From Leidyana gryllorum EB-2025a (Eukaryota > Protista > Apicomplexa): 64,000 nucleotides of DNA. The notes beneath the pieces were generated by a model. That model had not been told where the DNA came from. It did no database searches and saw only the letters and a list, made by a program, of their open reading frames with translations. The stretch spans positions 1 through 64,000 of the forward strand of contig JBLWGC010000185.1 of assembly GCA_048772705.1 (NCBI GenBank), written 5' to 3'. The translations under genes were made by a program, and so were the position numbers. This document shows positions 39,603 through 51,630 of the stretch, in pieces (within the stretch, counting starts at the first letter, position 1; each line of letters begins with the position of its first letter).

Positions 39603-41000
39603 TTACTGCTTCTGCAACTGAGTCATCTTCTCGGGAATAACCCACTCGTCGAATTGCTCCGCGGTCATCACTCCCAGAGCCAAGGCGGACTCCTTTAGCG
39701 TCAAACCCTTATGATGGGCATTCAACGCAATTTCAGCGGCCTTGTCGTAACCGCAGAAGGGTACCATAGCCGTCACCAGCATAAGCGACTTGTCAACGAA
39801 AGCGCCAATCGCCTCACGGTTAGGCTCGGTTCCTTCCAAACACTTAGTAGTGAAGTTCTTCATACCGATCGACATCAATCGGATAGAACGAAGAATGTTC
39901 GAAGCCACAACCGGCAGATAAACATTCAATTGGAGATGGCCATAAGTGTTAGATACCACCACAGTCTGGTTGCTCCCAATAACTTGAGTGCACACCATCG
40001 CCAATGATTCACATTGGGTCGGGTTCACCTTGCCAGGCATGATCGAACTGCCAGGCTCGTTAGAGGGCAAAATCAGTTCCCCCAATCCCGAGCGGGGACC
40101 AGACGCTAACAGACGAATGTCGTTAGCCATCTTCAACAAAGCAGTTGCCAAAGTGGTCAAAGCACCAGAGATGCCGACCATCGGAGTGATCGAAGACAAT
40201 GACAAAAACTTGTTGGGGGCCGCCTTGAACTCTACACCAGTAATTCGTGACACCTCCTTGGCAACTTGTTCATCGAAACCAACGAAAGATGCCAAACCAG
40301 TACCGACAGCAGTCCCGCCCAGAGCCAAAGTCCTGACAAATGGCTCGTGAGCTTCGATGAGCTTCTGACACATCTCCAAGGCAGCAACATATGCGCTGAA
40401 CTCCTGACCCAGAGTCATAGGGACGGCGTCCATCATATGAGTACGGCCAATCTTGACGATGTTCGAGTATTCGGCCACCTTTCGGCTGAGACAGTCCAGC
40501 AAGACCTTCATGGCCGGTTTCAGTTGGCGCTCAATAGCCATACCCACGGCAATGTGCATCGCCGAAGGGAAGACGTCGTTGGATGATTGACCCTTGTTCA
40601 CGTGGTCATTTGGATGAACGGGGGCCTTCTTGCCGAGCTGCCCTCCAAGAGCAACACTGGCCTTGTTTGCCACCACTTCGTTCATGTTCATGTTGCTTTG
40701 AGTACCGGAACCGGTTTGGAAGATAACCAACGGGAAGCTGTCTCGGTTGTTGCCCTCGCGGATCTCTTTGGCAGCGGTGATGATGGCATCAGCGATCTCG
40801 TTAGTGATACGGCCCGAGGCTTTGTTCACCGTGGCTGCGGCCTCCTTAACGGTAGCGAGAGCCTCAATGATTTCCTCAGGCTGACGCTCACTGCAACCGA
40901 AGGGGAAGTTCTCAATGGAACGTTGAGTCTGAGCGGACCACAACGCGTCCACAGGGACTTCCACCTTGCCAAGAGCGTCGGAGTCAAGACGAGTGGACAT
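39603..41000 (-). CDS. fumC: Class II fumarate hydratase (FumC-type)
   Basis: WSAQTQRS, FQTGSGTQSNMNMNEV, HPNDHVNKGQSSND, KIGRTHMMDA, signature GSSIMPGKVNPTQCE; the catalytic body is intronless. Confidence 0.95.
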   Translation of the reverse strand: MSTRLDSDALGKVEVPVDALWSAQTQRSIENFPFGCSERQPEEIIEALATVKEAAATVNKASGRITNEIADAIITAAKEIREGNNRDSFPLVIFQTGSGTQSNMNMNEVVANKASVALGGQLGKKAPVHPNDHVNKGQSSNDVFPSAMHIAVGMAIERQLKPAMKVLLDCLSRKVAEYSNIVKIGRTHMMDAVPMTLGQEFSAYVAALEMCQKLIEAHEPFVRTLALGGTAVGTGLASFVGFDEQVAKEVSRITGVEFKAAPNKFLSLSSITPMVGISGALTTLATALLKMANDIRLLASGPRSGLGELILPSNEPGSSIMPGKVNPTQCESLAMVCTQVIGSNQTVVVSNTYGHLQLNVYLPVVASNILRSIRLMSIGMKNFTTKCLEGTEPNREAIGAFVDKSLMLVTAMVPFCGYDKAAEIALNAHHKGLTLKESALALGVMTAEQFDEWVIPEKMTQLQKQ

Positions 41001-41090
41001 TGTCTTCGTACGGAAAAAAATACTTGAGGCTGTGTTAGAGGTGATGTGAATTTAAACTTTTTGATCTAGCTGAAAGTTGCTTCGCACACA

Positions 41091-42018
41091 TTAGAAGAAA
41101 GCTGCCTCTGGTGTGTGACCATATTCTACTCTCCTTTTGTACGATGAAGACCCTGGTTGTGGCCTCTTTGTGCTGGGTAAAGGCGGAAGAGGGGGTGGTC
41201 GCATACTGGAAGCGATTATCGGGGAGGTGTAGGCTGGTGCGCCGAAGTCGGTCGTTTCTAAGTACCCACTCTGCTGGAACTGAGTCGGTCGACTGAACTC
41301 ATGAGATGCTCTGATAGATGATGGTGTCGGTGATACGACAGCTCCCGACCGCACCAGACGAGGTGTTCGGCTAGGTGTATCGCGCCCATAGGCGGAGAGA
41401 TATTGTTGTTGAACGTGACCAAGCATTTTCTCCTGGGCTTGAGCCTGAACACAGCACCAAGCGTCAGTCACGTACATTCACACACTTCAGACAAACCTGA
41501 TAAGAACGTGAAAGCTCTTGATGATCTCCAACAATGAGGGGCAGCGTCGTCCAGTCAATAAGTCGGTCAATGGCAGGCCGAGCCGCCCGAAGGGAAGGAT
41601 CATCTAGGTGGTCTAAACTGATTATCTTGCCAGCCACGTGACAAATGGGGCAAGTAGCGGCAACCTGACCATATCAACCACTGTTGTATAAACCTCTCTC
41701 CCTTTTTGACAACTCACAAGACCAGTTGACATCCTCTGGGGCTCTACTACCCTGGATTTGTAGCACTGCATGAATCATTGAGAATAACACCGACACTGTT
41801 AGCTTAGGCTCACCCGAGCACAGAGAAAGCAGCCGCAACTACCGAATGTCGCGGCGTGAGAAGTACACAGAAAGCACCTGAGTTCGGAGTGAATGGGAGC
41901 AGCTAGCTACATACCGGAAGTCAGCAAGAGGGATTTCAATTGGTACAACCACTGATCTTCGAGTGGTTTTTTGTAGCGAAGGTGGAGCTTCGACGGCCGC
42001 GTCGAAGAGCCTCGACAT
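41091..42018 (-). CDS. RING-finger protein with RNF212/Zip3/HEI10-like architecture; 5 exons
   Basis: Spliced translation gives CFLC-x9-CGC-FL-CARC-x19-CPIC, then a short helical/coiled segment and an S/P-rich tail (41091-41446 exon). Four GT-AG introns are phase-consistent. Confidence 0.6.
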
Positions 42019-42086
42019 CCTACGGTGGATTGGAGTTTGCATCACAACGTCTCGGCCGGAGGCACACGTGTGTGCTGTACTGATTG

Positions 42087-45000
42087 ATGAGGCGTAACTC
42101 CACAACTTCTGGTATGTGTGTGCTCTCAAGCTGGTGGCTGGCACTTTTACAGAGTCCAACCCGTACAGTGGAAGACAGTCTGATCCGTCGTCCTCTGAGG
42201 ACGATGGGTTCCATCGGAGGGTTCGGGTAAACGAACCGCAGACTGAGAGACAATATGGGGAGACTGGCCATCGAGTGGGTATCACAACCGCATGAATGTT
42301 ACACAGACTAGTCAGGACTATCATGAGCTGGAGTCACAGTTTCTGACATTACAAGAGCGATACAAGCAGCTGGCAACGACGCACCAGAAGGACGTTGGCC
42401 AACGGTAAGACGCATGCATGGTGTACTAAAGACACTTGGCTCGATTCAGTGACGCAGAGATACGTCGTATGAGAGAAATGTTGGATTCAGACGCAGCGGC
42501 CGGGTAGGTGATGTTCCGTTGGATGCGATGGCTCTTTCAGAACGGCAGATGCAGGAGCCCAGCGTAAAATGTGAGCAGCTGTGCGATCTTTATTGACAAT
42601 AATCGCAGTCGTGAATTGACTGACGAAGTGCAGAAACTCTTGACGTAAGTTTAACGTGTGTATGGGGTATCTTTTCGTTGGTGTTACAGGGAGAATGCTT
42701 CTTTGCGGTCTGAGATATCTCAGCTCAAGTTCCAATTGGCGAGCAAAAGCGGTGATTTGGGCAACTTATCATCGGTTGGACGGACCCGTGGGCCTGATGA
42801 CTTCGAAAGTATTCGGGACTTGACGGTGGCCAAAGCGGAGCTGAGAGCCAAAGATCAAGTGAGTTTTGTTGGATTGAGAGCGTTTCCCATATTGAACAAC
42901 GATTGATTAGGAATTAGCACAGCTGCGAGACCGACTGAGTGCGGCTCAGGACGAACTTGATCGATTACGGCAGGGAATTGCTCAACACAATGAGGCCGTG
43001 ATGGCGGCAGGAGTCACGGAGGAGGACAAGAAGAAGAAAAAGAAGGGGTGGTGGGGGTCGTCCTCTAAGAAGTCAAAGACCAGTGCACCTCCACAACCCT
43101 CGCCTACACTTATTGTGACTGACGAGTTCGATATGTTTCCCCAGCCCGGTGGATCTGTGCGACCTGCCAGTACATTTGGCGGATCAGTGGTCTCTGGTGG
43201 CGGGGGAGGCGATCTGCGCCCGAGTCCTGGGACTCTGGCAGCTCCTGGAGTGCAGTCGTCTGCTCAGTTGCAGCAATTGAATACTCGATGGAACGAGCAG
43301 AAGCGGGAATTGAATGAACGGATACTCGAATTGGAGCGTGCGAAAGCGCGAGGTGACGCCGAGAGAGAGTTGTTGGAGAAGGAGCGTCGAGCATTGACAG
43401 AGAAGTGTGCCAAGCAGGAGTCAGTCATCGACAGTCTTCAGGCGCAGGCCAAAGTGAGTATCTCTGTTTCGGGGAGATTCAATACACGATCGCTTTGTAT
43501 ACAGGTTTACAGTGACCCCGATCGGATCCCGTCGACCAAAGCACTGATGCTTCCGTTACCTCCGGGAGCCGACGAGGCTGAACGATGGAGAACGGTGGTG
43601 CAGATTCAGGAGGCCGCACTGCGTAAGACGGCGATCCAAAAGGAGGAGCTCGAGCGACAATTGAAATCTCTGACGTTTATCCACGGACAGCCCTCGAAAG
43701 GCGTCTCACCGGACGCGGCGAGGATCAGTTCTCTCCAAAAGTGAGTGTTTCATCACGTTGGGCGTTCAACTAATGCCACTTTTCTCTCTCATCAGCGATT
43801 TGAACACACAAAATCGGCTGTTGAGTGAGGCTCGACGCCAAATTAGTGAATTAGAGATCAAACTGAGGGAAGCCGGAGTGCGAGAAGCGTATCTAATGGA
43901 TGAGATTCAGAAAGCGAAAGGCGCTCTACACGATCTCGACTCCTGTCTACGGGACAAAGTACAGCGTCAGGACAAACAGCACTCTGCTTTCGTCGCGATG
44001 CTGGGAGCAGCGCTTGCTGATAATGAGACCCTCAATGAGAATGCGAGCGCGATGCAACACAAATATCAACAAGACATCAGCACTATGCATGGCGAGGTAC
44101 GGGCTTTACGCCAGGGTCGTGTTGGCAGAATGGAAGGGAAGCCACCGGGCACAGCTGTATTCCCCTCACCGCCATCAGTGGACATGCTGGTGTTCCGTCA
44201 CGGTATTAAGGAAGTGGCGCACCCACCCGAACCTCCCCCACCTCCACCGCCCCCTATTTACATAGAACGCCCCTCGGAGCCTTCAGAGTCAACTGAAGTG
44301 TCTGAGAGCGAAACTGAAAGCTCTTCGTCTTCTTCGTCATCCTCTCCGAGGACTGCCTATGCTGAGCCCCCACCTCATCAGAGTAACGCCCTGGACGCCA
44401 GATATTATTACGAGTGGACGGGCGCTGGCTACGCTCTGCGGGAAGGGCCCCGGGTCGAGAATCCCCAGCGAGCCATGGAGGCCGGACCCTTCCCAACAGA
44501 TCCCACAGCTCCTCAGCGGGCGGCGCCGGCTATCGATGCCGAGCAACAAGTTCGGCTGCAAGCGGACGCCATTGCCGCACTCAGAGCCTGGAATGCTGCG
44601 CCCCCTCCTCGGACTCAGCAGCACCACGGCGGCGGGCCGGGTGGAAGAGGTCACCGTAGTGTCAGTCCACCGGCACGAAGAGTCCACGAGGAGTCGATAG
44701 GCCGCCGACAGACCACAGACGGCCGGAGAGAGTCCTTCAAGGGGGCGACTCCGCCATCTGATATTTACAATGCCCCAGCCCACTCGGCCTTGAAGCCCAC
44801 ACGGGCTCCACCGCCGGCTACTTTTGTGGCCCCGCCCGGAGCATCGGTGCCGCCGCTCGTTCAAAAGAGTCCCGTTCCACCCGTGGGGGCGACTCCTGTG
44901 AGGGTATCGTCAACTTCTAATACTACGACCCCGACAACAACGCCTCCAGCGGTGGCCGCGACAAAGACTCCGGAGCCGGCCAAGAAGCCTCACGAGGTCA

Positions 45001-45909
45001 GCACCAAAGGAGGACACCACGAAGGCTATTGGAAAACCGAGGGTGGCAAAGCACCACAGGAAACTGGTGGGGATAGGGGGGTGACCCCCAACACCACGGT
45101 GCCGCCTACACGTCCAGTAGAGTCTGCAGCTCCCAAGACTGCTTCGCGACCGCCCCCAGGCGACATGTCAATTATACCGCCGCCCATCGCGCCTGAGCCC
45201 CGATCTTTTGGTTCTATAACGGTGACAACGCCGAGCCCTAATGAAGAGTCAAAGCACGTTGCCACTTTGCACCAACCGCCGGGTGGTGGTGTGACAATGA
45301 GTTCGTCTGGGACACGCACTTTGCGGAACGCATACCCAACACCATTGCAGCCGCCCAGTGTGGCGATGAGTGACGTATTGTCGAGTGCTGAGCAACGGAG
45401 GGTGAAGAATCAGCAGTTACAGCAGGTGCTGAGTGACGATTCACTGGACATGAAGCTTCAGCACGCCGCTAAGGAGCGGGCTGCGGAGTTTGACAAACTG
45501 TTTGGCGGTCGCGGAGGCAAACCAGCTGGGGCTGGTTCTGATGAAAGCGAGAGTTTCTTTGGAGGGCCCAGTCGATCGTCAGCCCCGAAGGGCGCTACGG
45601 ACGACATGGACGCGTTATTCGGGAAACGAGAGCCGCGGTTGGACGCATCGTCGGACTCTGAGTCGCTGACTCATCATATCCCCGAACTTCCCAAGTCGAG
45701 ATTGAATGACTCTGACAATCAGCGGCAACGGCGACGGTTAGGGAGCACCAGTAAGTGGCACACAGAATCTCACTCGATGAATTGATTGTGTGTTTGTAGG
45801 TACTGAGGGTGGAGGCCGGCGTGTGATTGGTGACGACGAGAGTTGGGGTCCGTCAAAAGGGAATAGGTTGGAGACGTACAAGCGGAGATTGTCTTTGGAC
45901 AAGTTATGA
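42087..45909 (+). CDS. Large coiled-coil protein with a proline-rich disordered C-terminal half; ~11 exons
   Basis: ATG at 42087; small exons splice in phase into ORFs 42658, 42998 and 43758; heptad-rich segments; last intron at 45751-45799; stop TGA at 45907-45909. Confidence 0.7.
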
Positions 45910-45912
45910 CAT

Positions 45913-47506
45913 TTATCTAGTACGGCTCTGCAGGGTGTGCACGAGTGCGTGTGTACGGAAAATGAGGTCTCTGGTCTTGTCCAATATCTGCGCGTGGCAG
46001 TTTGACACGTGCGACGCCATTTCCACAATGTTTTTCTCCGAGTCAATCTTGGCATCTGAATGCCGAGAAATGTGTGCGTGAACCCACAACTTGATATATT
46101 GTAACTTACCCAACTTTGCATCCCGGATGAGGTTCACAATCCACTTTTCGGCTTTGTCCGCGGGCATGTGGAGTTTGTCAGAGAGCATACTGTGTGGGAA
46201 AGGAGTGATAGAAGGGGGGTGGTGGAAGAGTGACTCACTTTATGTTGATAGAACGATGGATGCGGCAGTAGTTGTCGAACACCAGGAGACGGGCCTGTTC
46301 CTCGATCTCATCGGCCAGATCAACGAGGAAGAAGTCTTTGCGGCAGAGATCGGCGATGACTGGGAGCTCAACTTGGCTTTGGTCAAAGTTGCAATCGATG
46401 AAGGAGGATGTAACGAGACGCGTGATGGCATCTTGGTAGCGGTGGGCCCCATTGGAGACGGCCTGGGCGGCGATACGGGCCTGATCCTCGCGTTTGCGGT
46501 TGAGAATGGCGACTACGGCGTAGTAACGGAGCAGATGGGGGCAGACGACGGCGATGCACTGCTGCGCTTTCTCACTCAGGAACCAATCCATAATTTCTGA
46601 CCACACCGTGTTGCGCGGGACGGCTTGACGGCCGGAGGCAGCCAGCGTGCCGAAGAAGAAGCGGAAAATGACCCAGAGAGCCCAGTGAAGGAGCCAAGCG
46701 GTCTGGAGCAGATTGCGTTTCTCGCCAGCCAGACGGGTCTGGTTACCGTTGGGGCCGGTATTGGAAGAGCGTTGGTCGTCGTAGAGCTCATCCAACTGGA
46801 GGATGTATTGGGGAACGGTGCTAAAGTCGATGCCGGACTCGTTGACGTCGGGTCTGAGTTCCATACAGGCGGCCAATATGACACCCCACAGGAACTCCTC
46901 GCGGGCGTTTTCGTCCTGGGCGGCTTCGGTGACAACGTCACAGATGCATTCGAGACAGAAACGGGAGCGGAAGAAGAGAGCTCTGTAGTCTCCGGCCCGG
47001 TAGTATGCGCGGATGTAAGGGACCATTTCGCCCACAGTCTGGGCGCTGAAGGGCTCGTAGGCGAGGAGCGCCTGATCGACCTGAGCGCGTTCTTCACTGG
47101 TGCACTGTTCTCTGGCGGCTCTCAGTTCTTCGGCCTTTCGCTGCCATTGGGCGTTGAGCTCGGCGGCGCTTCTGCGGTCACTGCGTCCCTCAGCAGTGTT
47201 CATCAACTCTTTTTTGTGTTCCAAGAGGCACTGGAAGAAAGAGGTGTGCTTTCTCTCGAGAGTGGAATAGAGCTGCTGCTGCACCGCTTCGTATGCAGAA
47301 GCGTCTCGGCTTCGTGGGACATCGAGTTCGTCGAACGCCCAGCCCAACTTGAGAGAATCACGGAGTTGCTGTAAGGGTTCGTCAATGTCATCGGGAGCAT
47401 AGACTCCTTGTTTCTTGCACCATGTCAGAATGGCTAATGCCTGATGTGGGTCCACAAACTTGAGGACCGCTGAGGTCACATCCACCGCCTCGCTCCCGGA
47501 GGCCAT
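45913..47506 (-). CDS. EIF3E: Translation initiation factor eIF3 subunit E (PCI domain); 3 exons
   Basis: WLLHWALWVIF, CPHLLRYY, DFFL...EQARLLVFDNYCRIH, AEKWIVNLIRDAKL|DAKID. Confidence 0.92.
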
Positions 47507-47585
47507 CGACGCAAAACTATTTTGGGCAAAAAACCGCCAACTGCGAGCACCCCTTTGAGTACCTCACAATCGCAGCCCCAAAATA

Positions 47586-47631
47586 CAGAGAGAAAGCGAG
47601 AGTGAGAGAGTGACAAGAGAGAGAGAGAGAG
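47586..47631. repeat. (AG)n-rich tract in the divergent eIF3e / W-rich gene intergenic region
   Basis: cagagagaaagcgagagtgagagagtgacaagagagagagagagag. Confidence 0.7.
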
Positions 47632-47683
47632 TGTTACAACAACTGTAGACCGACCGCGCGCGTAGTTTGTCGAAATATATATA

Positions 47684-50493
47684 ATGCAACGCACTGCTGT
47701 TCCTGGCGGCTATGAGCAGACAGCCACACAGGCCATTACTCCAGAACCCCTCGAACGACTCAAACTCATTCAAGATGACACATCCAAAGTACCCGATGGA
47801 GTTCCGCTCGACTTGCGAGCCGAACCCCTCATATCCGCCCCTCCCCCTACATTGAGACTCAAAGGCAATTACCCCCCGCCCACTCCGGCAGCCGACGGAC
47901 CGAAATCAGCCGCCGCTGACGAACACACTTTGACTGTGACCACACCCGAGGAGGATCCCAGTACCCCCAGCACCTCGATGGGGACTCCCACTGTTTTGGT
48001 TCTCCGCGGCGGCAGCGGTCCGAGCAAAGAGGACGAAGAGGAAGTGGTCCAAGACGATTACATTGAGCGCCGCGGTCAAAGTGGAGGACGCCGTTGGGGA
48101 GAGAAACAGTCGAGAGACGGCCGCTGGTCTGAGAAATGGATGACTCAATCGGTGTCAGCCACTGAGGAAATTGGAAAGTCGAGCGGAACAGAGGACCGTC
48201 GCACGTGGGATCAGCAATGGAGACGTACGGGTGATATCGTTCGAGTTACCAAAGTCGTTCAAGAACACACGCCTCCCGCTGCAGGAGGCGTATTGGAACA
48301 GAAATGGTACGAACGGACACTCGTCGACGAGAAGAAGGGAACCATTGAAGAACTAAAGTACGGCACAGATCACACCGGAGCACAGGAACGCCGATGGCAA
48401 CTCAAATCGACCTATTCTATATCCCCACACCGTGACAAAGGTGAGAGCGAAGCAGACAACTTCCCCCCCTTTGGGTTCCAACTCCCCCGCCCTCCCCAAA
48501 TGCTGCGTTTCTCGTTGCAGAGCTGACAGAGTCGACGTTCGAGGAGACAATGGGATCGCGAGTGAGTACTCGGTATATTCGTGTGCTGGAGACGGGAGAA
48601 CGTCGGGGGCTGAATACGTTTGAGGATCGGGACGGCGGCCGGGAGCGATGGAGAGACGAATGGAGCGAAGCGGTTACGGGTGAGAAGAAAGGACGCAAGA
48701 CGGGACTGAATAGCCGCGGAGAAGAGTGGTCTGAGGAGTGGTCCGAGTTTGGGGAAGAGCGCAGTATGAGACGGTGGAAGAAGTCGGCGTGTGGAAAGTA
48801 CAGTTGGGGATTTAACGAAGAAACTCTGCGCGCGGGCGACGGTGTCCTCGAAGAGTCCAAAGAGAGGTGGGAGCGTCAGTACCATCCGGAAGCCGACGGA
48901 GTGTGGGTCGAGGAAGAGTTGGCCGACAAATGGTGGACACGGCCCGAGTCGAGTTGGGGAGAGAAAGCCAAAAGTGTCACCCGCTACAGAGTTGCGGGCG
49001 ACAACCCCACGTCGCAGGAAGATCGAACGCTCGTCCGAACCACAGAGATCAGAGAGAAATGGTACGACAATCATCACGAAAAGAAAGTCGACGTCTGGAG
49101 CACGACAAACGACTATAACGAGGACGGCAAACTCCGAACGGTAAGATGCAGCGGCAGCACAGGACTCACAATGTATTCCACTTCTGACAGAGCAAAGAGG
49201 GCCGAATTGATGGAGAGTCTTATGAAACCGGTATCAAATGGGGAGAACGGTGGGGAGAAGAGATCAGCGAGGATTGCCAACCGATCGTACGCCACGACGA
49301 CAAATGGTGGCTGGAAAGCAGCGGTAACGGCTGGGGAGAGAAGACCTATAAAGACCTCCGGGCGTCTCGACGATACGAAGAAAAGTGGTATCGAAACCAA
49401 AACGGCGAGTCGCAGGTCGACCGCTGGACCACTGAGGCCGACGGAAGTCAGTCGGGATCAAAGGAGGGCTCCCGCTGGGACCCTCAGGAAGAACTCACCG
49501 TCACCTGGAAAGAGCAGTGGGGACAACGCCAAGGCGAAGAACGATGGATCGAGAAGTCCTGGCACACAGCCCGCGGCGGCATCGTAAGTTGGCGAGTCTG
49601 AGTGTCCCTGTGTCTGTGTGTCCCTGTGTCTGTGTGTCTGTGTGTCCCTGTGTCTGTGTGTCTGTGTGTCCCTGTGTCTGTGTGTCCCTGTTTCTCAACC
49701 CCCCACCCCCCCTGGTGAATCTAAGTGTCTCTCTGTGCCTTTTGTAGGAGACGAGCGCGTGGGGCGAGAAGGAGGGTACGCGAGGGCGAACAAAGTGGTT
49801 TGAGAAGTGGCGGAAGGATGAGAGTGAGGAGAGTCAGGAGAAGTTTAACGACGACGGTTTTGGGAATTATGTGGTTGAGAAGAGTGGCTGCAAGAAGCGC
49901 GATGGCGCTGTGGTGGATTGGTTTGTGAACCGATCTGGTGAGTCTTTGGGTAAAGGAGAAAAGTGGGCGTTCAATGAGGGCGCCGACGCGGAGTCGAACG
50001 AGTGGTTGGAGAAGTGGAACGAGACCCGAGAGCATAAGAGTGCTGAGAAACGGGCCCGAAACCGGCGAGGCGATGTCTGGGAAGAAGTTTGGGCCGAAGA
50101 CTTTGCGAGCGACGGGGCCAAGTGTCGCACTTGGGCCGCCAAGACGGGTTCGAATGCTCAGGGAGAGAGTTGGTTCGAGGAGTGGTACGAAACAGACAAT
50201 GAGAAACGCACCAAGAAGAGAGGCAAACGTGGAGACGAGGAATGGTTCGAGGAGTGGGGCGAAGAAGAATTCGATGACGGCCAAGGTGACTTTGCTGAGT
50301 CTCTTTGAGATGTGGTCATTGCATTGTAGGCGGGTTGAAGTGGACATCCAAATGGGCATCCGACGCTCGAGGTCGATGGGGTCAGAGCTGGGGGGATAGA
50401 TGGAACAAGGACGGCGGACACAGATGGGGTGAAGTGTGGGATGAAAAGGGCGTCAAAAAGTGGGCCCACGATACACAAGGTGGCCCTCCTTGA
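47684..50493 (+). CDS. Tryptophan-rich repeat protein, ESV1/LESV-like (823 aa, 5 exons)
   Basis: Exons 47684-48440, 48521-49140, 49191-49583, 49748-50285 and 50330-50493 sum to 2472 nt in frame. Repeated W-x-E-x-W and K-W motifs cover about 690 aa. The C-terminus resembles the ESV1/LESV W-rich domain. Confidence 0.75.
49601..49691. repeat. 24-bp GT-rich minisatellite (~3.5 copies) inside intron 3 of the W-rich gene
   Basis: gtgtccctgtgtctgtgtgtctgt repeated. Confidence 0.9.
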
Positions 50494-50554
50494 AACAGAC
50501 GCGTCTCTTTGTGGCCAAAGAAAATAATTTGTGTCGGTATATAGGAGATTGAGT

Positions 50555-51493
50555 ATGTCCACCCGGATAGGGTATATCGACGCACTCCAAACCGAACGCT
50601 CAGGGTTTGAGTACGATAACACTAAGGCTAGCCACCTACATGCCAAACTCGGTCTCGACGTCAAGTCAAGAGCAGTAAAAACCGGCACCACCATCTGCGG
50701 TACGGCCCCCCTTCCCAATATATACACTCCCAACAGGTGTCAAATGCAAAGAAGGAATCGTCCTCGCCGCTGATACCCGCTCCACTATGGGCACCGTCGT
50801 CTGCGATAAAAGATGCCAGAAACTACACCATCTCACCGATAACATTTGGTGTGCCGGCGCCGGCGTTGCCGCTGACCTTATGCACGTCACGGCACAACTC
50901 AGTACCGATATGCGACTCTTCCAACTCAACACCAAGCGCTTACCACGAGTACAAACCTGTGTTGCCAGACTCACGCAACAACTCTTTAAATATCAAGGTT
51001 ATGTCTCTGTAGCTCTCATCCTCGGAGGAGTCGATGCCACAGGTAATTCCAAATCAAACTACCACCCACACCTCAACCAACAGGCCCCAACCTCCACTAT
51101 GTCAGCCCCCATGGATTCACCCATGCACTCCCATATATGGCCATGGGATCCGGCGGCTACTTTGCCTCCACTATTCTAGAGGCCGGGTATAGAGATGATC
51201 TCACCCTTCAAGAAGCCACAGAACTCGCCGCCGATGCCATACAAGCTGGTGTCATGAACGATATGGGCTCCGGTACCAATGTCGATGTCGTACGCATCAG
51301 ATGCGATGCTGCCACCTCTCCCGAGATGATCAGACCGTACAGGGAACCAATCAAACATCAGATTATCCCAATGACCCCTCAGGTCTTCAAGATGGGTACC
51401 ACCACCGTCATCTCAGAGACTCGGACCCCAGTCGCACCCGCCAAAACCAAGTACAAACTCGAAAACTCCCCAGAAGATATGGTGGATGCTTAG
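50555..51493 (+). CDS. PSMB7: 20S proteasome subunit beta-2 (Pup1/PSMB7); 3 exons
   Basis: Propeptide followed by KTG/TTICG, GIVLAADTRST, WCAGAGVAAD, LFKYQGY, MGSG, NDMGSGTNVD. Confidence 0.93.
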
Positions 51494-51630
51494 TCCTCGT
51501 TACTAAAGTGACCAACTACTCTCTTTTGTGCGCTCATCCAAAGTACAGACAGATCATTAGTTTCAAATCACATCGAATTATACTAAAAAATATACCTCTC
51601 CTTCATTATGGGGCCACCTAATTCCTCCAC

